Of a DNA stretch of 64,000 bases, positions 1-13,969 are shown piece after piece; the stretch's first letter is position 1, and every line of letters begins with the position of its first letter. Where the stretch lies: positions 4,294,422 to 4,358,421 of the forward strand of contig NC_092678.1 of NCBI RefSeq assembly GCF_964355755.1, read 5' to 3'. Both the position numbers and the translations under genes were made by a program. The DNA is from Antedon mediterranea (lineage: Eukaryota > Animalia > Echinodermata). The notes beneath the pieces were generated by a model that was not told the origin of the DNA, made no database searches, and saw only the letters and a list, made by a program, of their open reading frames with translations.

Positions 1-1232
1 TTATAAATTGTGATATACACTAGGAAAATTATATAAATGTATCTACTGTATGTTTCTAGAAATGATGTTTTAATATACAAGAAAGCCTAGCCTAAGTCTC
101 TTGTTTCTGGATGTACTGCTGCAATGCCATTAGTGAACTCTCTGAAAACAAACATCATTAAGGTCCTGAATGCTAATGATACAAGATATTTTAGGACAGC
201 CTAAAGATATCAGACTGTCGTAGTAGTATCTAGCATATGCTGCGTTGATTTGTCTCCAGCAGTTCTACTACTTTAAAGTTGGTGATTCAATTAATTTATC
301 GTAATTTTGTATGGATAAGTGAAATTTACATTAATATGTTTATTTCGACAAAAACTTGACCCCTTAAATGTGGAGAGAAATAAAATAATTTGTTTACATC
401 CATGTGCACAAAGAACTTGTAACTTGTGTTCTAGGGACAGGATATTTCAAACTTGTTTGTGCAGGGGCACATGACATGCAAACAGGGTCACTTCCCCCAT
501 CTGTTATAAGCAAATATATGTAATCTTACAATAACCAGATTTGCATACGTTAGAGTCCAGGTACTCTCTGACAAAAACATGTAAATTGTAGTAGTAGTGA
601 AATTGTTCAGTAAAATTAACATAATTAATTTTTTAAGATAATATAAATAAATAAATTGCCAGTATTTGACTTAGTATAATTAGGCCTAGTATAATCTTAC
701 TGTATGGTTGAGTATAAGCCCACCCCTAATTTAGGCTAAATTTAGACACACGACTTTGGTAAATCAATTGTTAAAGTAATCCATGTATAATAATCTCATC
801 TCTCATCATAATTTCAGCCAAATTCCGTACCTAGGTATACCAGTACTATATACTACTACATTAGGTCATGATTAAGCAAAATAACAAATACATTAATTAT
901 AAAATATTATACATTTGTTTTTTAACTACAGTACCTCGATACCACCCACATGCAAGACTGTTTGATGTGGTTAAATCTACCACATCTAAACTTCTAACCT
1001 ATAGTTAGTAGTACAGTAGTAAGTCTATACTCTTACTTACACACCAACTACATGTGCTGTCCAGAACATAATAACAATAAACTAAACATGGTTTTGTGGT
1101 GGTAATCACCTAAGCATTTTGTGCACGTAATTCATTGATGGTGAACTTTATTCAGCCATTTATTTAATTAAAATGAATTTAAAATCAGTTATGAACTAAA
1201 TACTACTCATTAGAGACTTACATGAAGTCTTA

Positions 1233-1884
1233 GACCCCATTTACACTTACGATTTAGGCGGCCCTGGGTCGGCCCTGGGTCGGCAATTGATAAGTGTAAA
1301 TACTCCAAAAAGTTAGGCCGGCCCTGGGCCGGACGCAGATCTGGGCCACCTCTCCAGGTAGGTTCAGGAGCGGCTTTTACGTTTGGGCCGGCTTACGCAG
1401 TGAACCGTGAACAACGTTTGACCTTTTTATGAGGTTGTTGTTATGACGATCCGACATTCTCAGTACATATATCTTCCTCCTTTTCGAGCGACAATTTGTT
1501 TTCTTCATTATATAGTTAAATTTATTTTCAGACATCTTCTTTCAATAAAGTATTCCTCCGCTTGTTTCGCATATACATAAAATATAGCCATACTATATAT
1601 AAAACAGTGGGGTTCATTTTGTTTTTAATGGGACAAAAAACAACAATACAGTATAAATATAAAACGGTCGGTTCGCGCGGAGAGAGTTGAATTGATGATC
1701 GAGAGAGAAAAAATGTAAACAAACTGTACTTCGTATCCCAGCATGTAATGGTACTTCCGATAAAATTATTTACGACCAGTATTCTGCGTCGCTAGTGTAA
1801 ACGCTCTGGGGCCGGCCTAAAAGGTAAATATTTGCAACCGGCCCAGGACCGGCCCTGGACCCAAACGTAAGTGTAAATGGGGTC
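1233..1884. mobile_element. Non-autonomous PIF/Harbinger-like MITE (~650 bp)
   Basis: TIRs GACCCCATTTACACTTACG.../...CGTAAGTGTAAATGGGGTC, TTA on both flanks (1230-1232, 1885-1887), subterminal GGCCCTGGGTC repeats; no transposase ORF. Confidence 0.85.
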
Positions 1885-3228
1885 TTACTCTTTGGTAGTG
1901 TACTCATTTCATTCCCCTCTCAATCAAATAGAAAAACTCAAAAGTTTAAATACACAGGGGTGCACATCAAACAAGCTGGTGTTGGCACCAAAGTGTGTGC
2001 GAACCTCATAATAATTTTGCTTCAAGGCAATGTCAAAGAGAAGATAGAATATTCATCCTTTCGAACTTGACCTTAGTGAAGGGGTCAGACTCACAAAGTT
2101 TGGGTGTCAGGGTTGAGGAGATAAAAATAAATATTCTTTTACTTTCTTTGTAGATTTAATTGATACCAATAAGCTTAATATTAACAAATACCTAATGAAA
2201 AAATCAACCTCTCTGTTTATTTATTTTATTTATTCTTTCTTTAGACTGGATTGCATTTTCAGTAAGGTAGTCTAGTACTGCTTTTTAAAATGGTCCCGTT
2301 TACAAGGTTTAAAAGTAAAGAAAAGTTATAACATCTAATACAGAAAAAAAAAAGCATACATAATTTTGAAAGATATACAGAACAATTAAAAACAAAAAGA
2401 CATACATACAAAGTAAAATTAAAATTGGTTGTCTCACTACAAAGTCTGTTATGTTTTTGGCAAAGGCTATAAATAATATTCTATAAATCCTATTTATATT
2501 TCTAGCAGCTAAAGGTATTTAGATAAACCCTAATCGATTTGGCACCCACTTTAAGTAACTAAGTAAGCAAATAAAGATTGGCAATGAACATGAAAAATGT
2601 GCACAATAACAATAATTGAGACCTAGTTTAAAATAAAATGAGCTTATTTATGGACAAAGGTTAAAAGAAATGTGTTGAAATTTAACTAATTACAAAAAAT
2701 TGTTTATTATAGTCGTCAGCCTAATTTTAAAGAAAGGTCTTCAACCCAAATGATGAAAAGATAAGAGAATATCTGCAAATTGACGTAAATAGTATAAGCT
2801 TTGAGGAACAGTTGCTGAAGTGTATAACCTTTCTGGTTGGCAAGTACAAAACAGGTTAACTCGGGATGGTAACAAAGGCATCCCCAGGGTAGGATTGAAC
2901 TTGTTAAAGGGGATCAGTGATATTAGATATTATAATGACTGGTGTTTACATCTGGGGTTTTCAGATTAATCTACCTATTAAAGTTGACTCTCTTGGGAAC
3001 AGCTGTCTCAATTTCCTTTGATAACAGTACAAATTTAAAGTAAATACCAATAAACAGCCAGTATTTTCCCTTGTTTTCCCCAGTTTTAGATAAAATTCTG
3101 ACGTACTTTATGAAGTGAACTTTTGCATGCAAAAAATAATTATGATTTAAACTATGATTTAAAGTTAACAAACTTTAAATGACTTTTATGCATGGGTTGA
3201 CTTCCAATTTTGGACATTTTACAGCTTA

Positions 3229-3374
3229 AGCTCTGTTTACACTATCAAACAAGTTTGACAAAAATGTGTTGATGTGCCCAAATATGGTAGTGATATGACC
3301 AAATATGGTAGTGATATGACATTGACATCATTATATCTATATATGGGCACATCAAATGTTTTTGTCACATAAAG
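3229..3374. mobile_element. MITE family A, partial copy (Harbinger-like, 21-bp internal repeat)
   Basis: Left end AGCTCTGTTTACACTATCAAAC plus CCAAATATGGTAGTGATATG units shared with copies at 6784, 10525, 18429, 48258 and 55240. Confidence 0.75.
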
Positions 3375-6300
3375 GTACAATACATGCATACAGGAAGGGG
3401 TTTCAAACATCTACTGTAGCCTCATTTCTAAGACTACAAAAATAAACACTACAAAAATAAAAACAGCAAAAGAAAAATAAATTGACAAAAATGTAATAAT
3501 AATTGTGACATGATAGCCTTAATGCTTTTAACTGGAACATCATGCTATTTTTTTGGAAACAGAAGCGTTTTCTTTGCAGCATTGCACAATTTCAGTTTTT
3601 AGTATGGAAATAAATTAGGTAAAACCCAAATGAGCATTGAAAATCACCCCACAGCATGCCTGGTATTTATTTAATACAGCAAAGTATGTTTCAACAGTTT
3701 ATCCAATAATTTATCAATTTTAAACAAGCTAACTTAAAATTTATAATGTTATTTTATGATATGTATAATGAAGTAAAACAGTAAACGGTTCCCGAGAGAT
3801 AGAAGGTATTGTGGCAGCTGTAGAAATAGTTATTTTTTGCATAACATTGTTGTTGTTTTAATCTAATTCACCGGAGGTATTTAACATAGCAAACATAGAA
3901 ATTTATATGCTTCATCGCATAAAATTTGTGAAATTAGGACGCATAATATAAATCAAAGTCCTTGCACAAGTAGTAGAATTATTACATAGGGAAATGGTGT
4001 TAAATCAATTATATTTAATAATGTTTATGGGTTTACAAGGGAGGTTAGGACTGTCAAAATGAAGGTTGAGGTATGTGTACATCCTAAAAACAGGGTACAA
4101 TGTACAAAGGACTACATTTAAAAAAATTATAGTGGGGTGTTTTACTTGCTTTTGTACACCCATCAATCAATCAAGAATTTATTTACAGTATAAGTTATAA
4201 TAAAGAGTTCATTGTCAAAAAAGCACAGGTTTAAGAGCAGCAAGGCGATTATTATTAATAGATACTATTATTAATAGATACTTTTTCTACGTAACGATAG
4301 ATAACAAGTACAAGATGGTAAAAGCCAACAAACCAAAAAAAGGAAAAGGGGAAAAGTCAGCTAATCATCTACATCATTAAGCAACTGTATTTTCTTTATT
4401 AATTAACCAACAATGTACCATCTGAAGAATGAAGCAATGATGGTAGTAAAGGCTTGTTTAAAGATCCATGCAAGATACTGCTTTGTTGTACTAGTAATTA
4501 ACTTGAACCTGGTCTGATTTGTTACAAACTGCACAACTTCAACTGCAGTAGTACAGTACTTTGGAAAACAATCTTTTATTAGTACCTGGATGAATGGGAA
4601 GCAATACATACAATAAACTCATCACAGCATGGGGTCTAAAACTTCATAAATCATCAACTGACAGCCTAGAACATTGACTTCATCTTCAACAAAAAGATGT
4701 AAGTCTTTAGCTTCAATGGGTTCAGAATGTGCTTGAAAAATAGATCACTTAAAAAACATGGTTCTTCAAATAAAGTACAGTAGGCAAAAAAGAAATGACA
4801 GTTGACTCTGATGAAAATACATTGTGATCTGATAATACAAATCTTAACATTCTTTATTTACTAATATTGACCAGTTTATGCTACCAAATATCTCAAATCT
4901 ATTTTGAAAAAAAACTAAAACAATATTTTGTTTCATATTCAAAACAAAATTCAAGATAGGAATAGAAGCTGAGCCTATAAATGTTTTTACAGAAGCAGGT
5001 AAATATGTCAACAGAGTGGTTGAACATTCTACTTTCCATGAAGTTACTGTACCTGCATGTATAACACAAACATTGCACCTGGATTCTGAGAATATATAAT
5101 ATCAATAATTTGTAGAATGCAACATTTGAGTGTTTCTGTGCGTCATAGAAACTACGGAAAAGTTATATTTATGAAGTAGTTACTTCAATTCTGTCAGAGT
5201 TGACGATCCTTATGTACAAGTTAATCATATTTCACTATGAATGACAGTTTACAAACTAACAGTACTTGACAACAAGTAGGACGCTTGCTGATAGGTTTAA
5301 ATTGCTTTCCATGTTTCTAGAATAAACACGTTGGAATAAGGGTATGTTTAGATCCATGGAGTTATGCTTTCGTATCGCAAGCAAGGTTGTAATATAAATT
5401 AAAGCCGTAAACAAGTATGGAATATTGTACTATACCTATACTTTTGCAAAGAAATAAAATCAGTCTTAATTAGGAGAAAAAATTGCCTAAAAATACCCTT
5501 ATACAGACCCCTGTCTCTATACCAGTGTGGTATCTTCCGAACAGCAACGTTACAGTATATCTTGTTAAACCGATATCTGCACTAGGATTGATACTGTTTT
5601 AATCTCTGACTTTAGATTTGTTGCTGATTATTCAAACAGCATCAATTGTCAAATTAATACACTACTTATCTAAGACTTCATAGGGGACTTCCCTTACGAA
5701 GCTCAGTACAATGAAAATAAACATGTGTCTGGCATTTTCAAATGAATTGTCATATGACAATTTTGCTTATGTTTGAATGAAACTAGTTGCATTTTGCAGC
5801 AATTCTTTTTTCATATTGTTGAAACAGATTTTACAAGAACTGATGTCAATATTCTAACCAATTGAAAGTGAACATTAATAATCGAAAAGATGAATCCTAA
5901 GCCAATCAAAAAGTTCCATATGGAACAAATATTTAAAAAGTTTAAACAGGAAACAAAAATTAATGTTAATTTCACGATCATTGACCAACTTAACCATACT
6001 GCTGTGGAAAATATCAAAAGATGATTTTTCACATTGAAAAGTGATTTCCTGCAAATTAATGCTGCTCATCACTTGTCCAGTTGATTTTAGAAAACTTCAT
6101 TTTATTTAAAATGTTATTGGGGGTGGCTATGAAAAAAAACAATTAAATGTCAACAGCTGTTTCCAAATTTGTGGACAATAAATTTATTTATTGACTTGAC
6201 ACCAACAGGCTATCAAAATTGACCATAACTGTAATATTAAATATGTCCCGCAGATATTTTTGACATGCTTAAAGTTCCTTACATAGAGGGCACTGTTGAT

Positions 6301-6783
6301 ATAGGCCTATTAAAGTGTAAACAAAATGTAAGATTGATTGTTTTGATTCAAAGATTAGGACATAATGGGTTCAATCAAAGCCTTCTAATAACTACAAATA
6401 TTTGTACAAAACATACAACTTGTATTAATGTGTCATTATGACAATTTTATTAATTGATGTTTAAAGATGACTACATCCTTAAAATAAATGATGTATCAAA
6501 CTTCATTTTATAAATGACCAACGCATGTTTTAAATAAACATACAAAAAGTGGTTAATAATCTTACTCATGCACCAAAAATGTCAAAATCATCCATAAAAA
6601 AAGACATTTGGTAACTATCCATAGGAGGATACAGTCCATGATGTTGGCATAAACATGTTTCATGGTGCCTTCTTTGCAGGGTTCCAAATATTTGAAGAAT
6701 GTGACAATGAGGATTTTACAACCATTATAACTTATAAGGAACAAAACACATGACCTTCTATAAATGAAATTATCACACTATAA

Positions 6784-6986
6784 ATCTATGTCTACACTAT
6801 CACAGCTAGTTCAACAAAAAAATGTTTGATGTGCCCAAATATGGTAGTGATATGCCCAAATATGGTAGTGATATGCCCAAATATGGTAGTGATGTGCCCA
6901 AATATGGTAGTGATATGCCCAAATATGGTAGTGATATCATATGACATCATCATGTTCACATACAGTTTGATAGTGTAAACAGAGTT
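6784..6986. mobile_element. MITE family A copy with five 21-bp internal units
   Basis: Ends TGTCTACACTATC / GATAGTGTAAACAGAG; internal (TGCCCAAATATGGTAGTGATA)x5 explains the GHITTIF-repeat pseudo-ORF. Confidence 0.8.
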
Positions 6987-7540
6987 AAGGAAATATGAAA
7001 TTGGTTGGAGTGGCATGAGAAACTCAATCCACAGATAAACAGGGGCACTTTTTTTATAACATTTTAAGTTCAACAAACAAGTTACTTTGACCTTGAAAAG
7101 AAAACCAGTGAACACATTCAACATCATGCTCTACTTTTTTTAACGAAAATAACATTTACTACACTCATGTGTTTTTGTAAAATTTTGACCTTTTCTAAAT
7201 CTTCAAAACACACTTAAATTTGCATTTTAAACTCACTATATTACATTAAGTATTCTGAAAAAACATGTCACAAGATAAAAACAAAATCACAAATCTATGA
7301 CAAGCTAATTTTCAGCATTTCTGAATAAAAATTTCCAAGTGGGCGTTAACATGTTTATTATTAAACTACACTAAGTTCATAGAAGATGGTGTTCACTTAT
7401 CTATGGAAATCTAGCAATCAATTAATTGAAGATAACTCATTACTACTACTTGAAGTAAATGTCAAGAAAACAAATTCATCAAAACAACTTGTTTTGCTAC
7501 TTAGCAAAATGCATACAAAATATAAGGTAGGTATTTTTCC

Positions 7541-8503
7541 ATGGGAGGAGGAGGGGTGTTGAATGGAGGAGGAGGGGTGTTGAATGGAGGAGGAGGGGTG
7601 TTGAATGGATGAGGAGGGGTGTTGAATGGATGAGGAGGGGTGTTGAATGGATGAGGAGGGGTGTTGAATGGAGGAGGAGGGGTGTTGAATGGAGGAGGAG
7701 GGGTGTTGAATGGAGGAGGAGGGGTGTTGAATGGAGGAGGAGGGGTGTTGAATGGAGGAGGAGGGGTGTTGAATGGATGAGGAGGGGTGTTGAATGGATG
7801 AGGAGGGGTGTTGAATGGAGGAGGAGGGGTGTTGAATGGAGGAGGAGGGGTGTTGAATGGAGGAGGAGGGGTGTTGAATGGAGGAGGAGGGGAGTTGAAT
7901 GGAGGAGGAGGGGAGTTGAATGGAGGAGGAGGGGAGTTGAATGGAGGAGGAGGGGTGTTGAATGGAGGAGGAGGGGTGTTGAATGGAGGAGGAGGGGTGT
8001 TGAATGGAGGAGGAGGGGTGTTGAATGGATGAGGAGGGGTGTTGAATGGATGAGGAGGGGTGTTGAATGGAGGAGGAGGGGTGTTGAATGGAGGAGGAGG
8101 GGTGTTGAATGGAGGAGGAGGGGTGTTGAATGGAGGAGGAGGGGTGTTGAATGGAGGAGGGGTGTTGAATGGATGAGGAAGGGTGTTGAATGGATGAGGA
8201 AGGGTGTTGAATGGAGGAGGAGGGGAGTTGAATGGAGGAGGAGGGGTGTTGAATGGAGGAGGAGGGGTGTTGAATGGATGAGGAGGGGTGTTGAATGGAG
8301 GAGGAGGGGTGTTGAATGGATGAGGAGGGGTGTTGAATGGAGGAGGAGGGGTGTTGAATGGAGGAGGAGGGGTGTTGAATGGAGGAGGAGGGGTGTTGAA
8401 GGGAGGAGAAGGGGTGTTGAATGGAGGAGGAGGGGTGTTGAATGGAGGAGGAGGGGTGTTGAATGGATGAGGAGGGGTGTTGAATGGAGGAGGAGGGGAG
8501 TTG
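7541..8503. repeat. 21-bp G-rich minisatellite (GGAGGAGGAGGGGTGTTGAAT)n, ~46 units
   Basis: Direct tandem repeat with few variants (GAT/GAG, GTG/GAG). Confidence 0.98.
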
Positions 8504-9398
8504 GATGAAGGTGAGGAAGTTGGATGAAGGAGTGGGATTCAAGGAAGGAGAGGGAGTTGGATGAAGGAGGGAGAGTTGGATGAAGGAGATGGGATTCAAG
8601 GAAGGAGAGGTAGTTGGATGAAGGAGAGAGGATTCAAGGAAGAAGAGGGAGTTGGATGAAGGATGGAGAGTTGGATGAAGGAGATGGGATTCAAGGAAGG
8701 AGAGGTAGTTGGATGAAGGGGATAGGATTCAAGGAAGGGGGGAGTTGGATGAAGGAGAGGTAGTTGGATGAAGGAGATGGGATTCAAGTAGGAAAGGTTG
8801 TTGGATGAAGGAGGAGAGATTCAAAGAATGAGAGAAAGTTGGATGAAGATGGGATTCAAAGAAGGAGAGGAAGTTGAATGAAGGACATGGGATTCAATGA
8901 AGGAGAGGTAGTTGGATGAAGGAGATTGGATTCAAGGAAGGAGAATGAAGGAGAGAGGATTCAAGGAAGAAGAGGGAGTTGGATGAAGGATGGAGAGTTG
9001 GATGAAGGAGATGGGATTCAAGGAAGGAGAGGTAGTTGGATGAAGGGGATGGGATTCAAGGAAGGGGGGGGGGAGTTGGATGAAGGAGAGGTAGTTGGAT
9101 GAAGGAGATGGGATTCAAGTAGGAGAGGTTGTTGGATGAAGGAGATGAGATTCAAAGAATGAGAGAAAGTTGGATGAAGATGGGATTCAAAGAAGGAGAG
9201 GAAGTTGAATGAAGGACATGGGATTCAATGAAGGAGAGGTAGTTGGATGAAGGAGATTGGATTCAAGGAAGGAGAATGAAGGAGATGGGATTCAATGAAG
9301 GAGAGGTAGTTGGATGAAGGAGATGGGATTCAAGATAGGAGAGGAAGTTGGATGAAGGAGTGGGATTCAAGGAAGGAGAGGGAGTTGGATAAAGGAGA
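8500..9398. repeat. Compound purine-rich satellite (GTTGGATGAAGGAGA / TGGGATTCAAGGAAGGAGAG modules)
   Basis: Alternating ~17-21-bp modules forming ~38-bp units; a ~330-bp block is duplicated. Confidence 0.93.
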
Positions 9399-9465
9399 TT
9401 TAATTTTTAATTCAATTTTTGTATATATAAAATGTAAACTCTGAAATGAAAAATGATTGACTTAC

Positions 9466-11482
9466 TTTCATGTTGAGACTGCAAATACTTATGTTATCGC
9501 CATCCTCGTTCCGCTTCCAACGACTTTTTGAAGGCTGAAACATAAATACAGATTTAGAGATGGTTACGGAATGCGCCAAATTTCTTTATCATGCATTTCA
9601 TTCTCTGCTACATTATATATACATCCATTTTTATCTTGTTATATAATATTTATTTGTTTAGTAAAATATGTGTGTATGTAAAAAGCCATATGAAGGATAA
9701 CATGAATGTTAATATCATTAAACGGTTCAATCATTTAACCTTTCATTACTGTACACAATGATCTAGAGTTCAAATGTGCACTTAATCATTTGACATTGCA
9801 CATAACAGTAAAGGTTTAAAGATTTGAAAAATGATATAAATGATATTAAAATGATATAATTAAATACTAAAATAAATAAAATAATAAATTGGGCATTACA
9901 AGGGTAATTCATCGCTCTCATACAAGAATAAGTATATTATTTTAGGTATAGTGACATTAAATAAGGCCAAGTACTGTAAAATTAGTTTCCTCATTCATCA
10001 AATTTTAGAGCCGCATGAACACTTTAATAAATAAATAATGTGAATGGCTGTACACATTTTCAATTGCGTATGCCCATATTTATCTTACTAATAGCCAAAT
10101 TGACTTGGCCTAATGTGACTATAGTTACTTACCTTTATGTTAAGACTACAAACACTAATATTATCATCATCACGATTACTTCTTTTTCTGGAAAATGACT
10201 ATAAAATAAATAAACTTTGTAAACTAATTAAAGAAAACAAATGATATTTGATCTAATAAAGAGAAAAAAATTACTAATAATTGTATACTAATACAGTACT
10301 AGTAAAATTAGGAACCAAGTTTGCTTTGAAATATTTTCTCAAAATTTTCTAAAAGTACATACCCCATATCGGAAGAAGCTACTTCCCTCTTCTTGTTTGG
10401 CTTTCTTCTGCAAAGAAAATACACATTTCTAAATAACAAATACAAAGTGGGGCACCACTAACTAAGGTTACATTTTCCGTGAAACGAACAATAGGTAATA
10501 TATGAGTCCTAATAGTGTAAGCCTTGTGATGTGCCCATATATGGACAGGATGATGTCATATTACTACCATATATGGAGATATCACTTCCACATTAGGGGA
10601 TATCGCTACCATATTAGGGGATATCAATACCATATATGGGTATGTTTGATAGTGTAGAAAGAGCTTAAAACTATAATATCTTTGTAAGACGGTTAAACTT
10701 GAATTGTTCATATCAAGTCCTGACCTGTTGGTTTGCTCCTGATGGACTATCACAGATATCAGGCTGATCTTCCCGTTTTCTTTTCCGATCCTAAGAAAAA
10801 GAAACAAACATTAAGTTCAATGAATAGGAAATCTAAACTTGTCAGATTTATTGTAACATTTAGTTAAGTAAAAATAAAGCAAAGCAAACTAAACAACTCA
10901 TAATCTGGTTGGAAAAAATTTGGGAATGTCCCACCCATTTCCGTCCATTCGACAAAATGATCTTACCCTCAAATCCATACTATGAACGCTGGGGCTGCGT
11001 TCTTTGAATGAATCTAGACTCTTTCTTTTCATCGCTGGTTTGGTTTTCTTTTCCACTGTGTTCTGAGTTTCTTGCTGTTTTTGAATGTCCTGTTGCCATT
11101 GGTAATGCTCTTCTCTTCGTTTCTTCATGTACTCAAGTCTATCCTTTCTGTTTTTTTCTTCCTTTGCTCTTTTCTTTTTCCGTGGCTGAAAATTAAGTTA
11201 AAAATATACTTAAAATTAGCACAATCTGGCAATAACACATGGTTTTCTTTCCAATTTTATTAAATAAGTTGATATATTTTTATCACTATTTTTGTCTCAC
11301 TTAAAAAGAATTAGTTCTTCTGATTCTACATTCCATTTTGTACTTACTGGTGGTATAGGACACACATCTTTCTCATTGTTGGTAACTGGTGAGCCATGTA
11401 GCGATGAATGAGAACCTCGGGAAGACATGGACCATAGAGAAGCTCGCGACGATGAAGGTTTCAGTGATGTCCGTTTTGACAT
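9466..11482 (-). CDS. Unidentified multi-exon charged/low-complexity protein (>=200 aa, last exon not located)
   Basis: Six GT-AG exons joined in phase 0: 11482-11348, 11185-10967, 10790-10725, 10407-10363, 10198-10133, 9534-9466, giving MSKRTSLKPSSSRASLWS...PRKKKRAKEEKNRKDRLEY...DRKRKREDQP...KKAKQEEGSSFFRYG SFSRKRSNRDDDNISVCSLNIK PSKSRWKRNEDGDNISICSLNMK. In-frame stop just upstream of the ATG. Confidence 0.7.
10525..10665. mobile_element. MITE family A copy (intronic, partial)
   Basis: GTGCCCATATATGGAC...21-bp units...GTTTGATAGTGTAGAAAGAGCT terminus. Confidence 0.75.
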
Positions 11483-11845
11483 TGGTGCAATGTTTTCTCT
11501 TTAAGCGTTTCCCTAACAATCAGGAAAAATTATATGAAGTATTAAAATCTAAATATTTTTCTACCAACTATTACCATAACTGACTTTAAATTCTATTTAG
11601 CCTTAAAATACCGATCTTCAGATAAGGAACACAATGGAGAGGTTATAGCACATCACAATCACATAACAATTTCTTTTGTTGTTTGTGAATGTTGATGATA
11701 TTATTTCCTGTTTCACCGTCTTTCTTTTTACTAGATATAAGTACCATACTTTATTAATATGCCTGGAGGTATTACATAAAACGTTCAATTCTTAAATAAA
11801 TTTTCTAATTGTTACCCTGGGATATTATTCGTTGATTGTTTTTTA

Positions 11846-12722
11846 GGGTGGGTTACTATTAGAAGGGGGTTACTAATAGAAAGGGGTTACTAATAGAAAG
11901 GGGTTACTATTAGAGTAGTCACGTGGGTTATTTGAGCCTATTACTAATCTTAAATTAGGTACCTTAAAATATTAACCCACTCCTAACTTTTCCGGTTAGC
12001 AACTCAAAAATGATAAAACGGTACCGTACGATCGAATAAACAAAAATTTGTTTGAACTCGAACTTTATTTATAAACTCATAAAGACTCAATCCTCTCCTA
12101 CTCCTGAGATCAACATGCATCTCCTTATTTTCAAAATATGGCTGTCATAAACGACCAGTCATAAACTTCCACAGATTTAAATGTTTTTAGTTGAGCTTTA
12201 TATTATCATAATGTCATTTTGTCAATAGTTTTTGTGACTCTAATAGTAACCCCCCATGGGTTACTATTAGAGTAGTGGGTTATTATTATAGATTGTCTTA
12301 TAAGGTTGGTTACTAATTAGAAGGGGGGTTAATATTAGAGTAGTGGGTTATTATCATAGATTGACTTATGAGGTGGGTTAAAATTAGAGTGTGGGTTACT
12401 ATTAGAGTGTGGGTTATTATCATAGATTGACTTATAAGGTGGGTTACTAATTAAAGGGGGGTTACTATTAGAGTGTGGGTTATTATCATAGATTGACTTA
12501 TAAGGTGGGTTACTATTAGAGTATGGGTTACTATTAGAGTATGGGTTACTATTAGAGTGTGAGTTATTATCATAGATTGACTTATAAAGGTGGGTTACAA
12601 TTAGAGTGTGGGTTACAATTAGAGTATGGGTTACTATTAGAGTGTGGGTTATTATCATAGATTGACTTATAAGGTGGGTTACTATTAGAGTGGGGGTTAC
12701 TATTATTAGAAGATTTACGGTA
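11846..12722. mobile_element. Degenerate pogo/Tigger-like non-autonomous element with expanded GGGTTACTATTAGA subterminal repeats
   Basis: Arrays of ~17-18-bp GGGTTACTATTAGA(GT) at 11846-11920 and 12238-12710; right end AGAAGATTTACGG-TA resembles a CCGTA-type terminus with TA; left terminus not found. Confidence 0.55.
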
Positions 12723-13559
12723 TTATTCGTCTGTATAATATCAGTATAAATTGGATTAGCCACAGTAAACCTAGAATAGGCCAATTCTAATCGCATTCTT
12801 TCAAAAGAAATAACAATAATTAAGGTAAATTACTTGATTTAGAGCCTAGGGCCACCTTTTATTTTATGGTTTGGTCAACTGTACTAATAGCACGATCAAC
12901 CAAGCATGTAATCATTATTTTGTAAAATTAACTAATGTTAAAGGTTTTTAATTATCAGTACAATCGGACATCCACCAAGTTTAAGATGACAGACAACTGA
13001 ATAAAAGCTGCTCGGTAGAAAACATTAGGCTTTAGGCTCTACCAGTATCGATGAATGTTTGACTGTTCAACTAAAATAATAATAAATATTTTAGTTAGGC
13101 CTGCCACCTAGCTAGGCTAGGCCTAGCCTAGAAATATTTTTACATTTTTGGCATTTTAATTAATTAACACTGAATGGCAATACGTGGTCAGGAAATACCA
13201 CAAAAAGCCTGGTCCTTGCAACATATGATTGTTATCAATATTATCATGTACTAAAACTAAGTCTAGGCCTAGACTTTAGGCCTAGCTAGGCTAGTAGAGT
13301 GAGCCGCAGGGGAGCAGGGCAACATTTTGTCATCATCATCACAGGCTACAGCAGAGCCAGAACAGAGAGATTGAGAGGTGAGAGGCGCGCCGGTGAGATG
13401 ATGTTGTCTTTATCACTGCATTATAATACAATTATAATAGGTTGAACAGATAACATTACATAATAATAAGTCAATTATATATAATAAATTAAATATTAAT
13501 TACCAAAATAGTGTTTTTCACGTATTTTTCTTACTCAGTTTAAGCCAAGGCTGCGAAAA

Positions 13560-13969
13560 ATGCTTCCGCAAAATCAATCAAATGGTGTTCTCCATTTTAT
13601 CCAATCAAAATTCGTCAAAATTTTATGAAACGTCATCGCTGCCTTTTGTTAATTTGTATAAGTAGATATCAATTATGTGTAAATGTTTTAAAAGTCATAA
13701 CAATTCCAAAATGATGCCCCTTCCTTTCCTATCAATCCTATTTTTTGTTCGAATTATCAACAATTTTACAGTAAAATAAATAGAATCCTAACCATTTGAT
13801 CAAAAGCATTATGTCGGCAGCGGCGTGTACTACTCCCATCAATTGTTGAACTACTGCGCAAGCGCATTGTGAAGGACGCCAATTTAAATATGGATGGTCG
13901 TTTTATTTATTTGTTTACGTTTTAAGTGTTTTTAAAGGTTACTTGCTACTTTTATAACAATAACATAAA
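13560..13969. promoter_or_regulatory. Probable bidirectional promoter (MDM1 / minus-strand unknown gene)
   Basis: NRF1-like TGCGCAAGCGCA at ~13855, ACTACTCCCA (ZNF143-like) at ~13829, CCAAT at ~13601, ACGTCA; minus-strand donor-like sites at ~13503 and ~13534 suggest a 5'UTR exon. Confidence 0.5.

Noticed and set aside
4403-6744. Short minus-strand ORFs with some splice-like sites
   Set aside because: No consistent reading frame or recognisable protein; may be UTR or non-coding exons but cannot be supported.
7418-8787. Long ORFs (SSSIQHP)n, (RRRGVEW)n, (GGGGVLN)n
   Set aside because: By-products of a stop-free 21-bp minisatellite; no splice or start context supports coding.
12335-12796. 153-aa ORF with SNSNP repeats
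   Set aside because: Translation of the GGGTTACTATTAGA repeat array.
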